Made by a program: the position numbers and the translations under genes. The notes under the pieces were generated by a model that was not told where the DNA came from, searched no databases, and worked only from the letters and a program-made list of their open reading frames with translations. From NCBI GenBank assembly GCA_965112155.1, contig OZ218101.1: a stretch of 64,000 bases of DNA; one strand, given 5' to 3'. Below, piece after piece: positions 48,671 through 61,051 of this stretch (positions are counted from its first letter, which is position 1; every line of letters starts with the position of its first letter). The stretch comes from Podarcis liolepis. Its lineage: Eukaryota.

Positions 48671-48861
48671 GGGAGTTCAAACTGTAGAAAGCCACTCTCT
48701 CTCCTTGTAGTTCTGACTGTACGCATGCCCTTGCAGATGGGAAGAGAGCCAAATTTCTCTCAATTTCTATCTTGCTGCAAAGCTCACCGCTAACAGCTAC
48801 TGTCCCACTTCCCTTTCTCTGATAACACCAGTAGCAAAATGAAAATAAAACCTTCATGTAC

Positions 48862-49063
48862 CTTGAGCTATCGCAACTAGTCTTCCTTTTTCTTCTGGAC
48901 TCAGCTGCAGCATGGTGTCAATGACTGGCAGAAGCCTCTCTCTTTCACTGCCCGATTTTAGGAATATAAACTGGAGCAGAACATTCTTCAGATATTCCAG
49001 ATTAGCAACAGATTTCTCTCGCTCTTGGTTCCTTTCCAATCGCCTTATTTCACTTTTAAGAAG
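48862..49063 (-). CDS. GCC2: GCC2 penultimate exon, GRIP domain (LLKSEIRRLERNQERE...KGRLVAIAQ)
   Basis: cag|CTT...CAA G|gtacat; 202 nt; GRIP motif with conserved Tyr (NLEYLKNV). Confidence 0.97.
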
Positions 49064-49779
49064 CTGGAGGTGAAAATCAAAGAAAGATCTCTTAAGATAA
49101 CCACACGTGGACGCAAAGAAGCCCAACAGGGCACCGTCGTGACATGTTAAGACAAATGGCACGAGGAAAAGGTATGCGCACTTCTGCACCGATCCAAGTT
49201 CCCGGGCAGACTGAACGTGGCATGAAAAGAATGCCGTGATACATTGAGCAGAATAGAACTTGTGCCAGTTCACACTGCTAAATTGCTTCAGCATGATCAT
49301 ATATGCAGATACACCAGTGAATGAAGGAAAGGAAAAACTTTCCTTACCTTATGAACCACCCTGAACCTTGCGATCATCATCTGAGGCCCTTTTGGTGCAC
49401 CCTCCACAGGGGGTTTGGAGGGTGGTAACACAAGTGGAATGCTCTCCCCAAGGAGGTACGCCTGGTGCCATCCTTGTTTAGCTTTAGGCATGAAGCACAA
49501 TTTCTCTTCCCCCACCCTGCACCTTTAGACTGTGAACTGAAGGATACTGTGGCCTCTTAGCTGGGTGGGATTTGCAGACCTGCCTTTTTATTGAGAGTGC
49601 TTTCTAGTATTTTATTTGAACTGTTGCACTCTTAGGTTTTTATCATCATTTTTAATTGGTTCCGTGAAAATCGCTTTGAGTTACATTCTTAAGAAAAGCA
49701 ACTAACCAATGCAATAAAAGCAAACAGACTGGGTCATGCAAAGCAACTGAGTGAACAACCGCTGCATGTTTGTCTATAT

Positions 49780-50240
49780 AACAACAACAACAACAACAAC
49801 AACATATTATTTATATGCTGCCCATCTGGCTGGATTTGGGCAGCTCCCAACAGAATATTCAAAACACGATAAAACCTCAAAAATTAAAAACTTCCCTATA
49901 CTTCAAGAAGTCAGATAGTTGTTTATTTCCTTGACATCTGATGGGAGGGCGTTCCAGAGGGTGGGCGCCACTACGGAGAAGGCCCTCTGCCTGGTTCTCT
50001 GAAACCTTACTTCTCGCAGGGAGGGAACCACCAGAAGACCCTTGGCACTGGACCTCAGTGTTTGGGCTGAACAATAGGGATGGAGACGCTCCTTCAGGAA
50101 TACAGGACCAAGGCTGTTTAGGGCTTTAAAGGTCAGCACCAACATTTTGAATTGTGCTCAGAAACGTACTGGGAGCCAATGTAGGTCTTTCAGGTGTTAT
50201 ATAGTCTCGGCGGCCACTCCCAGTCACCAGTCTAGCTGTC
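49780..50240 (-). mobile_element. L2-clade LINE 3' end
   Basis: ORF remnant LVLTFKALNSLGP...AFSVVAPTLWNALP; (TTG)n tail. Confidence 0.85.
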
Positions 50241-51279
50241 TAGCAGCGGCAATAATGGGCACAGCCTATTTCAGATTAACTTTTTCCCATGCAGTGATGC
50301 ACCCCCCATGTGAGACCACAAGGGGAAACTCAGCAGCATGAACTGGCTCTCAGATGCACTGAAACCAGCGGAAGAAAGACACTGAGAATCTGGGTGAGAG
50401 AGGAAGCTAGAGGAAAGCCTCCTATAAAGTAGTTGCTATAGCTTCTCCTAGTGGTGACATCCCCTTCCAACAGTGTTTCAAGGAGTTGCGGGCAAGCAGG
50501 AACTCCCATAGGAAGTCAGGAAGCCAAGAATACAGGCTCCCCACATCCCGGCTTCCGGCAATTTAAAGGGGCTGGCAGTCTCAAAGTATCTGTTGGTATA
50601 CGGGACACAGTCAACCTCTTTTTGAGGGTCCCTCTCCCCTTCGGTCTTTCACACTTCTCACCACTGAGTCAAAAGCAGTCACTGAAGCCCTCAAGCTTCT
50701 GCTTGGAAGCGGAGCTTGACTCAAGCTTGCCCCATTTCCGACTCTTTCTAATCACTTATGGGACTGTGCACCAGGAAACTGACTGTGTAAAAATGCTTTC
50801 CTCCGGTGACAGTGATGGAGTCTCCTTGCCTCGTCCCAATTGCTTCCCATTTCACTGTATTCTCACTGACAGGCAACTGATATTCTTAGCTGTCAAAAAT
50901 ATATTTGGCTAATTTCCAGTTCCTGATTTTCCTAGACCTCTGAGACTCTGGGGAGGCTTCCCTCCTACTTCATATTCTGCCTTTTAACAGTCTATTAGCC
51001 CACGTTCATTTACATTTCCTGACATTGCCTGACTCCTTTTCCTAGGGAAGAACCAAAAACTGTTAATAGAAGATTCCATTGTGTGAGGATTTGTTAGTCC
51101 TCACGATCACAAAGGTGGGGAAGACAGTATTTCTGTGAGCTGATGGGGAGAAGCTGTCAAGTTGTGGGAACAAGAATAGCACTGAGTTCACATAACCACA
51201 AAAGGATTTTTAGGCTTTGCAAACAAAAACTGATGCACCATGCAGTTCACCAGAGCTTGGTAAGGGTATGCTTGCTAAC

Positions 51280-51419
51280 CTTTATTTGTTCCATGAGGAT
51301 TACGTTGGTGGCTTCCGATTCGCGCAGCAGTCCATTTAAGTGATCCGCGCTCTTCGACGTGGTGTTCAGCTTCTGCACCAACTCTTCTTTGGTGAGTTCA
51401 GCTTCCCAGTGTGGCGCTT
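51280..51419 (-). CDS. GCC2: GCC2 internal exon (APHWEAELTKEELVQKL...ESEATNVILMEQIK)
   Basis: tag|AA GCG...AAG|gttagc; 140 nt, phase 1-0. Confidence 0.94.
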
Positions 51420-51857
51420 CTAAAATGGTTCACAGTAAGCCAGTTTCAAATGTGATTGATGCTTCTACTATTTCTTACGGCTGCAAGGTGTGTATATGTT
51501 AAGGGGAATGAAGCTTGAGCAGGTTATGTGCATGGCAACTGGTGACGGTGCATGTTCACCAGGTTTCATGAAGAACATGCACGTACGTTTTCCGTAAACC
51601 TGCTGCCCTGGGATCCTGTCACAATACACAGAATCTTCAACAGGCCTTGAAGAACGTGCATCTCTAGGCTGAATTTGACATTCCCTAGGCCATATGTGCA
51701 TCATCATGGCTCATGATGAGGGCTAAACATGAAGAAAGTATGACAGACCTCAATGCAACAATAAAGAAGTCGTACAACTTGTGCCAAGTTCTGCATTGTG
51801 CCAAAAACAGAACTTTAAAATACGAACTGCATCAATGCATGAGCAAGCCTTCCTTAC

Positions 51858-52052
51858 CAAATTTTGCATCAGGGGTATTAAGAAGCTGTTCCAACGATGG
51901 CATGTAAGTACTGGCAGAAGATACAGACTCTGTGTCAGTGGTTTCCATTCCTTCGCCCTCCTCCCTGGTTATAGTGTGCACATCGAGAAGAGGAAGGTCA
52001 GTGCTCCTCCGCTCTCGCAAGTTCTTTGCTGGAAGGTTGGACGGAGCAGAAC
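51858..52052 (-). CDS. GCC2: GCC2 internal exon (SAPSNLPAKNLRERRSTDLPLLD...LEQLLNTPDAKF)
   Basis: cag|GT...TTT G|gtaagg; 195 nt, phase 1-1. Confidence 0.95.
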
Positions 52053-52225
52053 CTGGAAAAATAAGCCATTGTAAAGCAATTCCAAGACAAAACAAAACAA
52101 AACATTTGGAAGGGAATTACCTAAACATTGTTAACAGCCTATATTTTTTTTAAGTAACAAAAGACACACTGCTGTACAACATAGAAATGCTCCAGGATAA
52201 CTGTTGATTCATTCCTGAAGCAGAA

Positions 52226-52528
52226 CAGGGGCCAGCAAACATTTTCAGCAGTCCACTGTCCCTCAGACCTTGTGTGGCCGGACTATATATTCTTTTTTTT
52301 GGGGGGGGGGGGACGAATTCCTATGCCCCGCAAATGACCCAGAGATGCATACATTCTACTCATGTAAAAACAGCAGGCAGGCCCCACAAATCACCCAGAG
52401 ATTCATTTTAAATAAAAGGACACATTCTACTCATGTAAAAACACGCTGATTCCTGGACCGTCCACGGGCAGGATTTAGAAGGTGACTGGGCTAGATCTGG
52501 TCCCCAGGCCTTAGTTTGCCTACCCATG
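52226..52528 (-). mobile_element. hAT MITE (same family as 3592-3820) with an internal duplication of about 70 bp
   Basis: CAGGGGCCAGCAAAC...TTTGCCTACCCATG; CACATTCTACTCATGTAAAAA occurs twice. Confidence 0.8.
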
Positions 52529-52971
52529 ATCTAATCCCTACCCACCTGGATATAAAAACAGTAACAGAGGAGGTTTCAGGGAAGCTCCTGCAAGCACTTC
52601 CTCAGCTACAGGAAGGAGGTGGAAGCCCTCAGACCTCCGTACAGCATAAGACCTGGCGGAGGGGCAAATTTTGGACTGGCTCAGGGTGCCGTAATACCAA
52701 AGTCTGCCCCGATAGTTTTAAGAGTAAAACCGCTTGGCTCTGCAGAGGTGCGCCCCCCCCCCAAAAAAACCCCACCTCTGCTACCATCCTGCCTAACAGG
52801 AAAACTAGTCCTGCCACAGGACATTGTGTAATAGGAGACTCGAATCGGTGACAGAATTGGCAATTCACCTTACATGAAGCTGGGGAATAGAGTTTATTCG
52901 ACAAGCACAGAAACAGTTGCTAGGTGAGCTCAGCTCAGCATGATTCCTTCAGTGAGTATCGGATAACTTAC

Positions 52972-53189
52972 TTTTGGTGTTTGGCTCGCTTTTGAGTTGA
53001 AAAAGCTGGGCTTCTACTTTGGACAGCTGCTGCTGCAAGGTCTCCACCGTCTTCCTGTGCTCTTCTTGCAGGTGCCGGACTTGATCGCGGAAACTGTTGC
53101 GAAGAGCTTCATTCTGGGCTGTCAGCTGGCTGACAATCTGCGCGTGCTCCGACTTCATCACCATGTTTTCAGACTGGATTGTGCAGAGC
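52972..53189 (-). CDS. GCC2: GCC2 internal exon (LCTIQSENMVMKSEH...QLFQLKSEPNTK)
   Basis: cag|G CTC...AAA A|gtaagt; 218 nt, phase 2-1. Confidence 0.95.
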
Positions 53190-53426
53190 CTGGAAGATAT
53201 TTCCACCCAGCCAAAGAATGTCCATGTTAGTTAAACAAGGAACTGTTAATGACCTTTCAACTAAGGAAGGGGGTGGAGAACAGCAAGGATTTATTGAAAC
53301 ATCTTCCCACCATAGGAACACCGAAGGCATGGAGGCTTTTAGCTCCAAAGATCCGCTTGGGCACAAAATTCAAAGATGAAACACCAGTCATCAGTACAAT
53401 GGAATTTACAAGGTGTATTAACGTAC

Positions 53427-53603
53427 TTTTCTCGGAGCTCTGCTTCCTTTGCCACAGTCTCCTGAAGAATTTTATTGTGCCTTTCCAGCAGAGTGTCGTG
53501 TTCAGTCTGCAGTGACTGAAGCTCGGTTATATTCATTTGTAAGTTATGCTGAGTGTCTTGCAATTTGATCTTCAGTTGGTCTATTATATTTTCCATGTGT
53601 TCT
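53427..53603 (-). CDS. GCC2: GCC2 internal exon (EHMENIIDQLKIKLQ...AKEAELRE)
   Basis: tag|A GAA...GAA AA|gtacgt; 177 nt, phase 2-2. Confidence 0.94.
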
Positions 53604-54202
53604 CTAAAGAAAAGAAAAACACACTACTAAACACGGCAAGCGTGTACCTTTTCCTGAACCTTCAAGTGTACCTTCCTAAATCACAAAAAAATGGAATTCT
53701 TCTGTGCTTTGCTAGTCTTCTATGACTGAATCTACATGGTTCCAAATCCGTAACAGAATTGAAGAATGTAAGGCTGAAAGAAGTGATGAATGGATCTGAA
53801 TTTCATCGTACACACCCAAAGCAAATCAAACTTTTGTACTTTGGAACAAGCGGAACTCCACAAACAAGAGCATGGAAGTTTGCCACATCGTATGGCTGCT
53901 GCATGCTAAATGGACTGGAGAAATACAAGCAGGATCACAATGACTGCATCGGAGGAGAGGGACGTTAAATAGAGGTATATTTTAGTGTTACATCTGAATC
54001 AGACAAATATTAAGTGTACTATGAACCTTTTTCGTCTCTATTTCCACTTGGGACTAAGTAAGATTCTAGATCTACTTTGCAAATACACTGAGGCAATCTG
54101 TGAACTGAGAAACTTTGAGCCCTAATATTAACAAACGCCCTGAGAATGGAATTTTGATTTAAACCAGCATCCACCAAAACCTTCCAACTGTGCAACACTT
54201 AC

Positions 54203-54318
54203 CTTTCTTGCTTGGTCACATCCGCTTCAGAGTGAGAAGACTTATTCTTCTGTTTTAAAACATTATGAACGCGGACTTTGTAGCTTTCAAATTCAGAGGT
54301 TACAGCAGAGTATTCTGC
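54203..54318 (-). CDS. GCC2: GCC2 internal exon (AEYSAVTSEFESYKVRVHNVLKQKNK...TKQE)
   Basis: cag|GCA...GAA AG|gtaagt; 116 nt, phase 0-2. Confidence 0.94.
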
Positions 54319-55610
54319 CTGCAATGTCATATGGGGGCAGAAGGTTATTTCAATTTGCATAAGGAACAAAACCTAAACGTTACTTGTGATGCACATGTAG
54401 ATATACACATCCAATCACACACTTCTTTTTTAATTAGAGAAATATTACACCCCTCCCTTGAGCTTCACAGGATAATCTGTTCTTAAATGATGGCAGTAAA
54501 AAAACAAAACACCTTTGTTTCAAAGGCACATCATTTGTAGCTTCAATGCACACATTTAATGCATGACCAAGTACAATGCTATTTTGTAATCCAAGTGTAA
54601 CCAGCGACAACCAATAACAATTACAATGCAAGCCAGGGGCCGAAACCTCACAAGCCACGCTTCTGTTCCATGACACATCCTGCCATCACAAGCCAGTCCC
54701 CTCCTACACACACATCAATCACACGCCTAGTTATAACGTCACGGATTCTGAGTCATTCTGCTTTGTAAAAGCAACCAAGAAGATAGATAATTCTATGTTC
54801 AGTTTGGAAGCCTGCTGAAGAGCATGCAAAAAAAAAAAAAAAAAAAAAAAACCTGCCCCAAAAGCAAAAACATCAATCATTTATCTTTATGCAGTAAACA
54901 CAAAGGGGTGGGGAGGTTCAAGCAGTACAAACGTTCTTTGCAACGGATTGAAAACTCTTTGTAACTTGATTCCCCTTCCTGCTCCCCAAAATATCCTTGT
55001 GGGAAATACAGCTTTTTCCACTCCACTCCATCTATTACCAAGTACAAATCCCAACTTTCGCCAGTTTGGGTGTTCTAAATGCAGCTGATTTCGGGCGTTC
55101 TATACAATCAGATTAATTTAACCTGTATATCGCAAAGCCTAAAATAATGTCTATATACATACTGTGGTGCTTAGCACCTCTAACTGTAATCTCCTTGCAA
55201 TCAGTCAGACTTTTCTCATTTATCCTGCATTTGCATCTATGAAATAGCAACACTGGGAAAGTCTACCAGTCATGGATATATGGCAAAACCAAAAGAAAAG
55301 TAAGATGCCAAACAGTTTTGCTCATAGGGAAAGATGACGAATTAATTCTCCTAAAAGAACTGTTGCATGCCATGGTGAGCATTTGGTCTTTAGAACTAAG
55401 ACTGACTTTAATAAAAACATTTGCTCTTCACAAGCCCCTTGGAGAACTGAAAGGCGCACAAAGCTAGGCAACTGAATAATTCATTTTTCCAAAGTACTGA
55501 ATGTCAGGCAGAATCTCCCAACCTCTAAGCAACTGTTAAGATGCTTACTGGACATTTTCATAGAGGAGCCATTCCTTAGGACTTGGAATCCCTCCCCCAC
55601 AAGAAAATAC

Positions 55611-55748
55611 CTTTGCTGTACTACATTCCTCTTGAAGTGCTGCTAATTTCTGCTGATAAGTACTCTGGACCCTCTGGTGTTGCTCTAGTGAAGTCCGCAG
55701 GTGTTCCTGTATCCTGTGTTTTTCCGAGGTTATATCAGCCAACTGAAT
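55611..55748 (-). CDS. GCC2: GCC2 internal exon (IQLADITSEKHRIQEHL...LQEECSTAK)
   Basis: cag|ATT...AAG|gtattt; 138 nt; lies within ORF 55545..55898. Confidence 0.94.
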
Positions 55749-56669
55749 CTGTAAAAGGGCATTCACAGATCCAAAAGATTTGAATTTAGCTGTTGCCAAT
55801 GGTGCTTTCTCATTAAATGAAAAGTTATTGCCACAAGTTTCCATTTTGGATTGGACAGTAATAAGGAATATCAGATTGACAAAATCTGAAGCTTGCAAGA
55901 ACCCTGTGGAACAATTTTGGTGGCAAGGGAATACCTTTACTTTGCCTTTTCACTCTTTTCCATAGCAAAAGTGCTCCACTTAGTGGCTTAGGTCTGTTTT
56001 GTTGCTAAATTCAAAGAAATGTAAAGATATGGTCAAATGTTTAACAAGTGGCATGAAGCGATGAATTCAAGTAGTTGCAATTAACCAAGAGCTACTTGGT
56101 ATAAAAACATCCTTACACATAAAGTTGCACGTAAAAACTGTGTATGAAATTTTTGTCATGGAATTTATAGCCTGGAATTCCTGCAGCTTCCAAAAACGTA
56201 TTCACGTGGAGAAAAAATGAGACATACCATTTTGGCCAAAGACTTTAGTCATATGTGACATTGTATATTTCTCACTGCACTAATGTAGGGAAAAAAGTGA
56301 AATGAATATAACATTGACCACAAAACATAGTGGCGTGGCATGAGTGGAGAACGGATGCAGCTTGGCAATCCAATTTACAAGCTGCTTTTAATTTTATTAA
56401 AAGGAATATATTTGGAACAATCCTGTCAAGCATTTTGGGGCCCCACACTGATTTCAATAGGAGCTGTCCGCACACGCCTAACTCTCTTCACTGAAATCAT
56501 CAGGACTTTAAAAGGCTCAGTTTTGATTGGATTGTGCCCAGTTTCTTTATTCTCAGACTTGAAATCTATCCTGGGCATTGGGGAGGGCCTGGGTACAGAA
56601 AACGACCACAATGACATCCAGATCCAAAAGCATGTAATAGCAGTATGTACACAACTACTCCAAAGTAAA

Positions 56670-57013
56670 GGGACGCGGGTGGTGCTGTGGTCTAAACCAC
56701 AGACCCTAGGGCTTGCTGATCATAAGGTTGGCGGTTCGAATCCCCACGACGGGGTGAGCTCCCGCTCCTCTGTCCCAGCTCCTGCCAACCTAGCAGTTTG
56801 AAAGCACATCAAGTGCAAGTAGATAAATACTCCGGCGGGAAGGTAAACGGCGTTTCTGTGTGCTGCTCTGGTTCGCCAGAAGCAGCTTAGTCATGCTGGC
56901 CACATGACCCGGAAGCTGTACGCCAGCTCCCTCGGCCAGTAAAGCGAGATGAGCGCCGCAACCCCAGAGTCGTCCGCGACTGGACCTAACGGTCAGGGTT
57001 CCCTTTACCTTTA
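56670..57013 (+). mobile_element. Sauria SINE, full length
   Basis: GGGACGCGGGTGG...CCCTTTACCTTTA; TSD TCCAAAGTAA. Confidence 0.93.
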
Positions 57014-57292
57014 ATCCAAAGTAACACCACCAAACTCAGTGGTGCTTATTCTGGAAACTGAGTCAAAGAGTGCATCCTTACTTAGTAAGGTTTTATTGAT
57101 TTCAATGCAACTTATTTGTAAATACGTAACAGCAGAATATCATCTTGAAAAATGTAGTATTTCAAGGAGATAGAATGTATGATAGCAATTGATTGCAGTT
57201 ACGGTTTTTAACATAGAGCTTTAGCTACCACTCTGGGGAGGTGCAACACTGTGCATCTCACTACTTTTTATGGGGGGGGGGGGAGATCTTGC

Positions 57293-57370
57293 CTTATAAA
57301 CTTCCACTTGCTGCTGACTTGCTTCCAACTCCCCTTTTAAAGATGCCTGAAGCCTCAGAAGTTCATTTCC
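57293..57370 (-). CDS. GCC2: GCC2 internal exon (GNELLRLQASLKGELEASQQQVEVYK) with GC donor
   Basis: cag|GGA...AAG|gcaaga; 78 nt; only the GC donor keeps frame with the next exon (IQLA...). Confidence 0.9.
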
Positions 57371-57489
57371 CTGCAAAACAAGAGCATCTTGAATAATTTA
57401 GCACTATGCTGCAGAAGAGCGAAATGAAGCAGCACCATTATTACTGTGTCAGAAGAGAGAACAAATGATTAGAAAGCACAGGGACTTAC

Positions 57490-57590
57490 TGCTTGCTTTG
57501 AGTCAGCCAATTCCTTTTTCGTTTTCACCAGCAGCTGTTTGATCTTCGTGTTTTTCCCCTCATACTCTTGTACAGTATTCTGGAATGATT
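57490..57590 (-). CDS. GCC2: GCC2 internal exon (SFQNTVQEYEGKNTKIKQLLVKTKKELADSKQA)
   Basis: tag|AA...GCA|gtaagt; 101 nt, phase 1-0. Confidence 0.94.
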
Positions 57591-58172
57591 CTAGTGAACA
57601 AAGTAAACGTTGAAGGTAATTTATTCAGAAAGCAAGCAGCAGAACTTCCAATGAAATTCTTCCAGATTTTCCTATAAAGGCTTGGAAAGAAGAAATGAAG
57701 CTTCCTTCTTGCTCCTTGATTTAAACTTTTTACTAGAATTAAAACTATACCAGAATGTTGCAATTTTCACTTTAAAATACTATTTTCAGATAAGAAATGC
57801 TTTAAACCCAACTAAAAATCCAGACATCCTTTTAGAAGAAATAAGAGTGAATGAACAGCCGTAAAGATTTATCATTGATGTGAAAAAATATTTCTAAGGG
57901 GTGTTGGCTTTTCCAACCTACTGAACTTTAAACATTTGTGAAGTGGCATATACTGCCACTGATTTGTAAATGCTATGGCACTTTGTTAATCCTAACAAAA
58001 TAAATTTCTTGCAAAGTTATTCCTATCTACTGGATAAGAGGCCATTGACCTCTGTTTGGAGAATGTAGCTTCTCTGCTATTTTGAGGCATACCTATAAAA
58101 AACCGTCTTACTGTACTGAAACATCCACAAAAACGTATTTAGACACAAGGAGGAGTTTAGTGCGCTACTCAC

Positions 58173-58335
58173 TGATTTCTTCCTGCAGAGTCTCTTGCTT
58201 CTGCTTCTGAATTTTAATCTCTTGCTCAAGGTCTTCAATTCTGCTGCTTTTGTCAGTAATCTTTTGATTCAGTTCTTTTACACAACGCTCATAATCAGCC
58301 ATTTCCATGTCCATCACTGTACTCTTATGCGCATC
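58173..58335 (-). CDS. GCC2: GCC2 internal exon (DAHKSTVMDMEMADYER...QKQKQETLQEEI)
   Basis: cag|GAT...ATC A|gtgagt; 163 nt, phase 0-1; lies within ORF 58165..58425. Confidence 0.94.
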
Positions 58336-58977
58336 CTGTAGGTTTACAAACACACGGCACCTGCAAGTTTTAACTTCTACCGCTGCTCTGGCTGGTCCCG
58401 TAGACCTAACCTTCCTGCCAAACATTTATTCTTTAGCCCCGTTTAACATGCCATGGAATACCCAAATAAAAAACAAGATTCTATATATCAGACACATCCA
58501 GCTCCAAAGAGACTGCAATCTACTCCCAGTATAAAATAAATGGCAGTGATCTACCCACTGTTGAGCTTTTGGGGGGGGGGGGTAGCCAAAGTTGTCAAAC
58601 TTTTTGGGGGGTGGGGGTGGCCAGAATTGTTCAGCTTTTTTCACAAAGCGCTACAAATAAGTTTGCTTTAGCATTCCACATTTCAAAACGTTCACAAATG
58701 CTGTGGCAAGAACACAGGAAACCAGCGCCGGGAGATGGAGGTGAGGACATTACTTGTCCGCGATCGACCAAGTTTGTGTGGCGATCTACCTGTCAATCAC
58801 GATCGACTGGTTGGATATCCCTGCTGTATATGAATCACCAACAACTTGTGAATTGGCCTGGAGACCCCATGCTGAATCAGAAGGTCCCTTGGCCTTTAGA
58901 AGAGACCTGGAGGAGGGGGAAAACCCAGCAAAGACCTATTCTGTAGTTCTGCATGCTCTTTTATGGATTCTACCTTC

Positions 58978-59226
58978 TGAAGAAGAAGAGTCTGGATTTG
59001 ATATCCCGCTTTATCACTACCCGAAGGAGTCTCAAAGCGGCTAACATTCTCCTTTCCCTTCCTCCCCCACAACAAACACTCTGTGAGGTGAGTGGGGCTG
59101 AGAGACTTCAGAGAAATGTGACTAGCCCAAGGTCACCCAGCAGCTGCATGTGGAGGAGTGGAGAAGCGAACCCGGTTCACCAGATTACGAGTCTACTGCT
59201 CTTAACCACTACACCACACTGGCTCT
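58978..59226 (-). mobile_element. Squam3-like tRNA/CORE SINE
   Basis: Head AGAGCCAGTGTGGTGTAGTGGTTAAGAGC, CORE-like GGTGACCTTGGGC, (CTT)n tail. Confidence 0.8.
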
Positions 59227-59302
59227 GAGTGAAAAGATGGTAAATATGCAAAGAAAAGACAGGGGAAAAAAAGAGAGAGGTAGATATAAACTACCAGGCT
59301 AC

Positions 59303-59407
59303 CTTCTTTGCCAACTCCAGCTCTTCTAGAATTTTCTGGAGATGCTTTTTTTCTTTCTGAAGTTGTGTTTGAAGTTCTTCAACTTCTTTTGCAGCATTAG
59401 TGTGGTC
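59303..59407 (-). CDS. GCC2: GCC2 internal exon (DHTNAAKEVEELQTQLQKEKKHLQKILEELELAKK)
   Basis: cag|GAC...AAG|gtagcc; 105 nt; preceded by an 89-nt intron. Confidence 0.92.
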
Positions 59408-59496
59408 CTGCAAAGAAAATAGCGCAAGGGCTACTCATTCAGAAATAGCTATCTTACTCTGTTCTACTTTCTGCTCTCCTAACACATGTCACTCAC

Positions 59497-59661
59497 CTTT
59501 ATCTTTTGTTCTTTTAGAAGCTTTTCAGCTTCGAGTTCTTTATCGACTTTTGCTTTGGCCCTCTGAGTTTCCAATAGCTGTGTTTCTAGAAGCTTAGTGT
59601 TAGTTTGCAAAGTCTGAACACGAGTCAAGAGGTCTTCATTAGCAGAACGCCAGTGGTCTTG
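59497..59661 (-). CDS. GCC2: GCC2 internal exon (QDHWRSANEDLL...ELEAEKLLKEQKIK)
   Basis: tag|CAA...AAG|gtgagt; 165 nt, phase 0-0. Confidence 0.92.
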
Positions 59662-60931
59662 CTAAAAATGATAGCAGCAGCATTAGCAAAATCAGGATGG
59701 GAAATATTCAGCTACACTACTTAAAACACTGGGGATTTCACCCAGATACCATTTTCAAAAGCCAGACTCCCCCCCCCCCCCAGTGTGAGGCTTAAAATAA
59801 CTTGCTTAAAAGCCTTCAATTCGCACAGGCTTTCCATGTAGTGTGAACAGCCATACTTTGTATGCCACTAAATATATGACACTGTTTTCTGAATTTTATT
59901 TTGTATATGCTTTACAGTATTACGGCATACACCATTCTGGTATTTTCTACATTGAACTGCACTGGAATTCTTACCAAAAAACACCCCCCTAACATAAACA
60001 TACTTGAAAAATACTAATTGCTTTTAACCCACTTTTGTTACTTTAATGGCCTGAGTCCTGGATACATCGATCTCAGGAGAGCTTAAATATGCCTGATTCT
60101 AAGCAAATGTATGATTCAACTGGTTCCTTTCTGCAAATTGTCCCTAGTGGTAATGATACAGCACAAGAAAACTACTGCAGACAACCCTGCGTGATATAAC
60201 ATTTTGGTCAGTTGGAACAGATATTAATGATCAGAACAACTTTCTCATAGTTCCCCGGAAGGACAAAGATATCTAATACAAGTTGGCTCATTTCTTATAT
60301 ACTTATACATTTCTTATATACAATATACTTAAAGAACTGCATAATTTAAGAATACATTGGGGTGGGGATACAGAATCACCTGTCTCTAACAAAACTTATT
60401 TCCACTTTAAAAAATAAATCTGTGCCACCTTCAGAGGCACTAAATACTATCTAAACAATATTTTTTTTAATGAAACTCAAGATTAAACCTTTATGTTCTT
60501 CTACGAAAATAAAGAGCCAGATTTCATTATAGACTTTTTCTACCTTTGTATTTCAAAAAAAAAAAATCAGTCTTTTGGATTGGTAGCAATCAGCTATGAT
60601 AGTGAAAAAAAGCCTCCATTCCAGGCAGCACTGCTGTGAACTAAAAATGGTGTGGGCTGGGGGAAGAGTGGGGATGCTGTTACCCTCAAGACCTGCAGTA
60701 GGTTTCTCAGAGTCATGTGGCTGGCCACTCTTGGAAAGAAACAGTGCTCAACTAGAAAACAAGTGAAGTGCCCAAGATCACAAACAGGGGCTCAAGCCCT
60801 GCAAAAGCAAAATTCATTTCCTAGCCTCAAGACTGCTCACTCCCCAATCTCCTCCCATTAATTCTCACTTTTGCTCCCCCCACCCCAAATAAGAACAAAT
60901 TCCATTTGTATATATGTTATATAACCAGCAC

Positions 60932-61051
60932 CTGCTGAGTAGAGTTTTCCAGTTGTCTCGTCAGGTCATCTATTTGGTGTTCAAATTTACGAACTCGCTC
61001 TTTTTCAATGTCCAGCTGCTCTGCTTGCTTGTCAAACTCTGTTAAAAGATT
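60932..61051 (-). CDS. GCC2: GCC2 internal exon (NLLTEFDKQAEQLDIEKERVRKFEHQIDDLTRQLENSTQQ)
   Basis: aag|AAT...CAG|gtgctg; 120 nt, phase 0-0; homologous to NLLLEYEKQSEQLDVEKER... Confidence 0.88.

Noticed and set aside
48854-49300. 148-aa ORF as a standalone GRIP protein
   Set aside because: Only 48862-49063 is the GCC2 exon; the N-terminal part is intron read-through.
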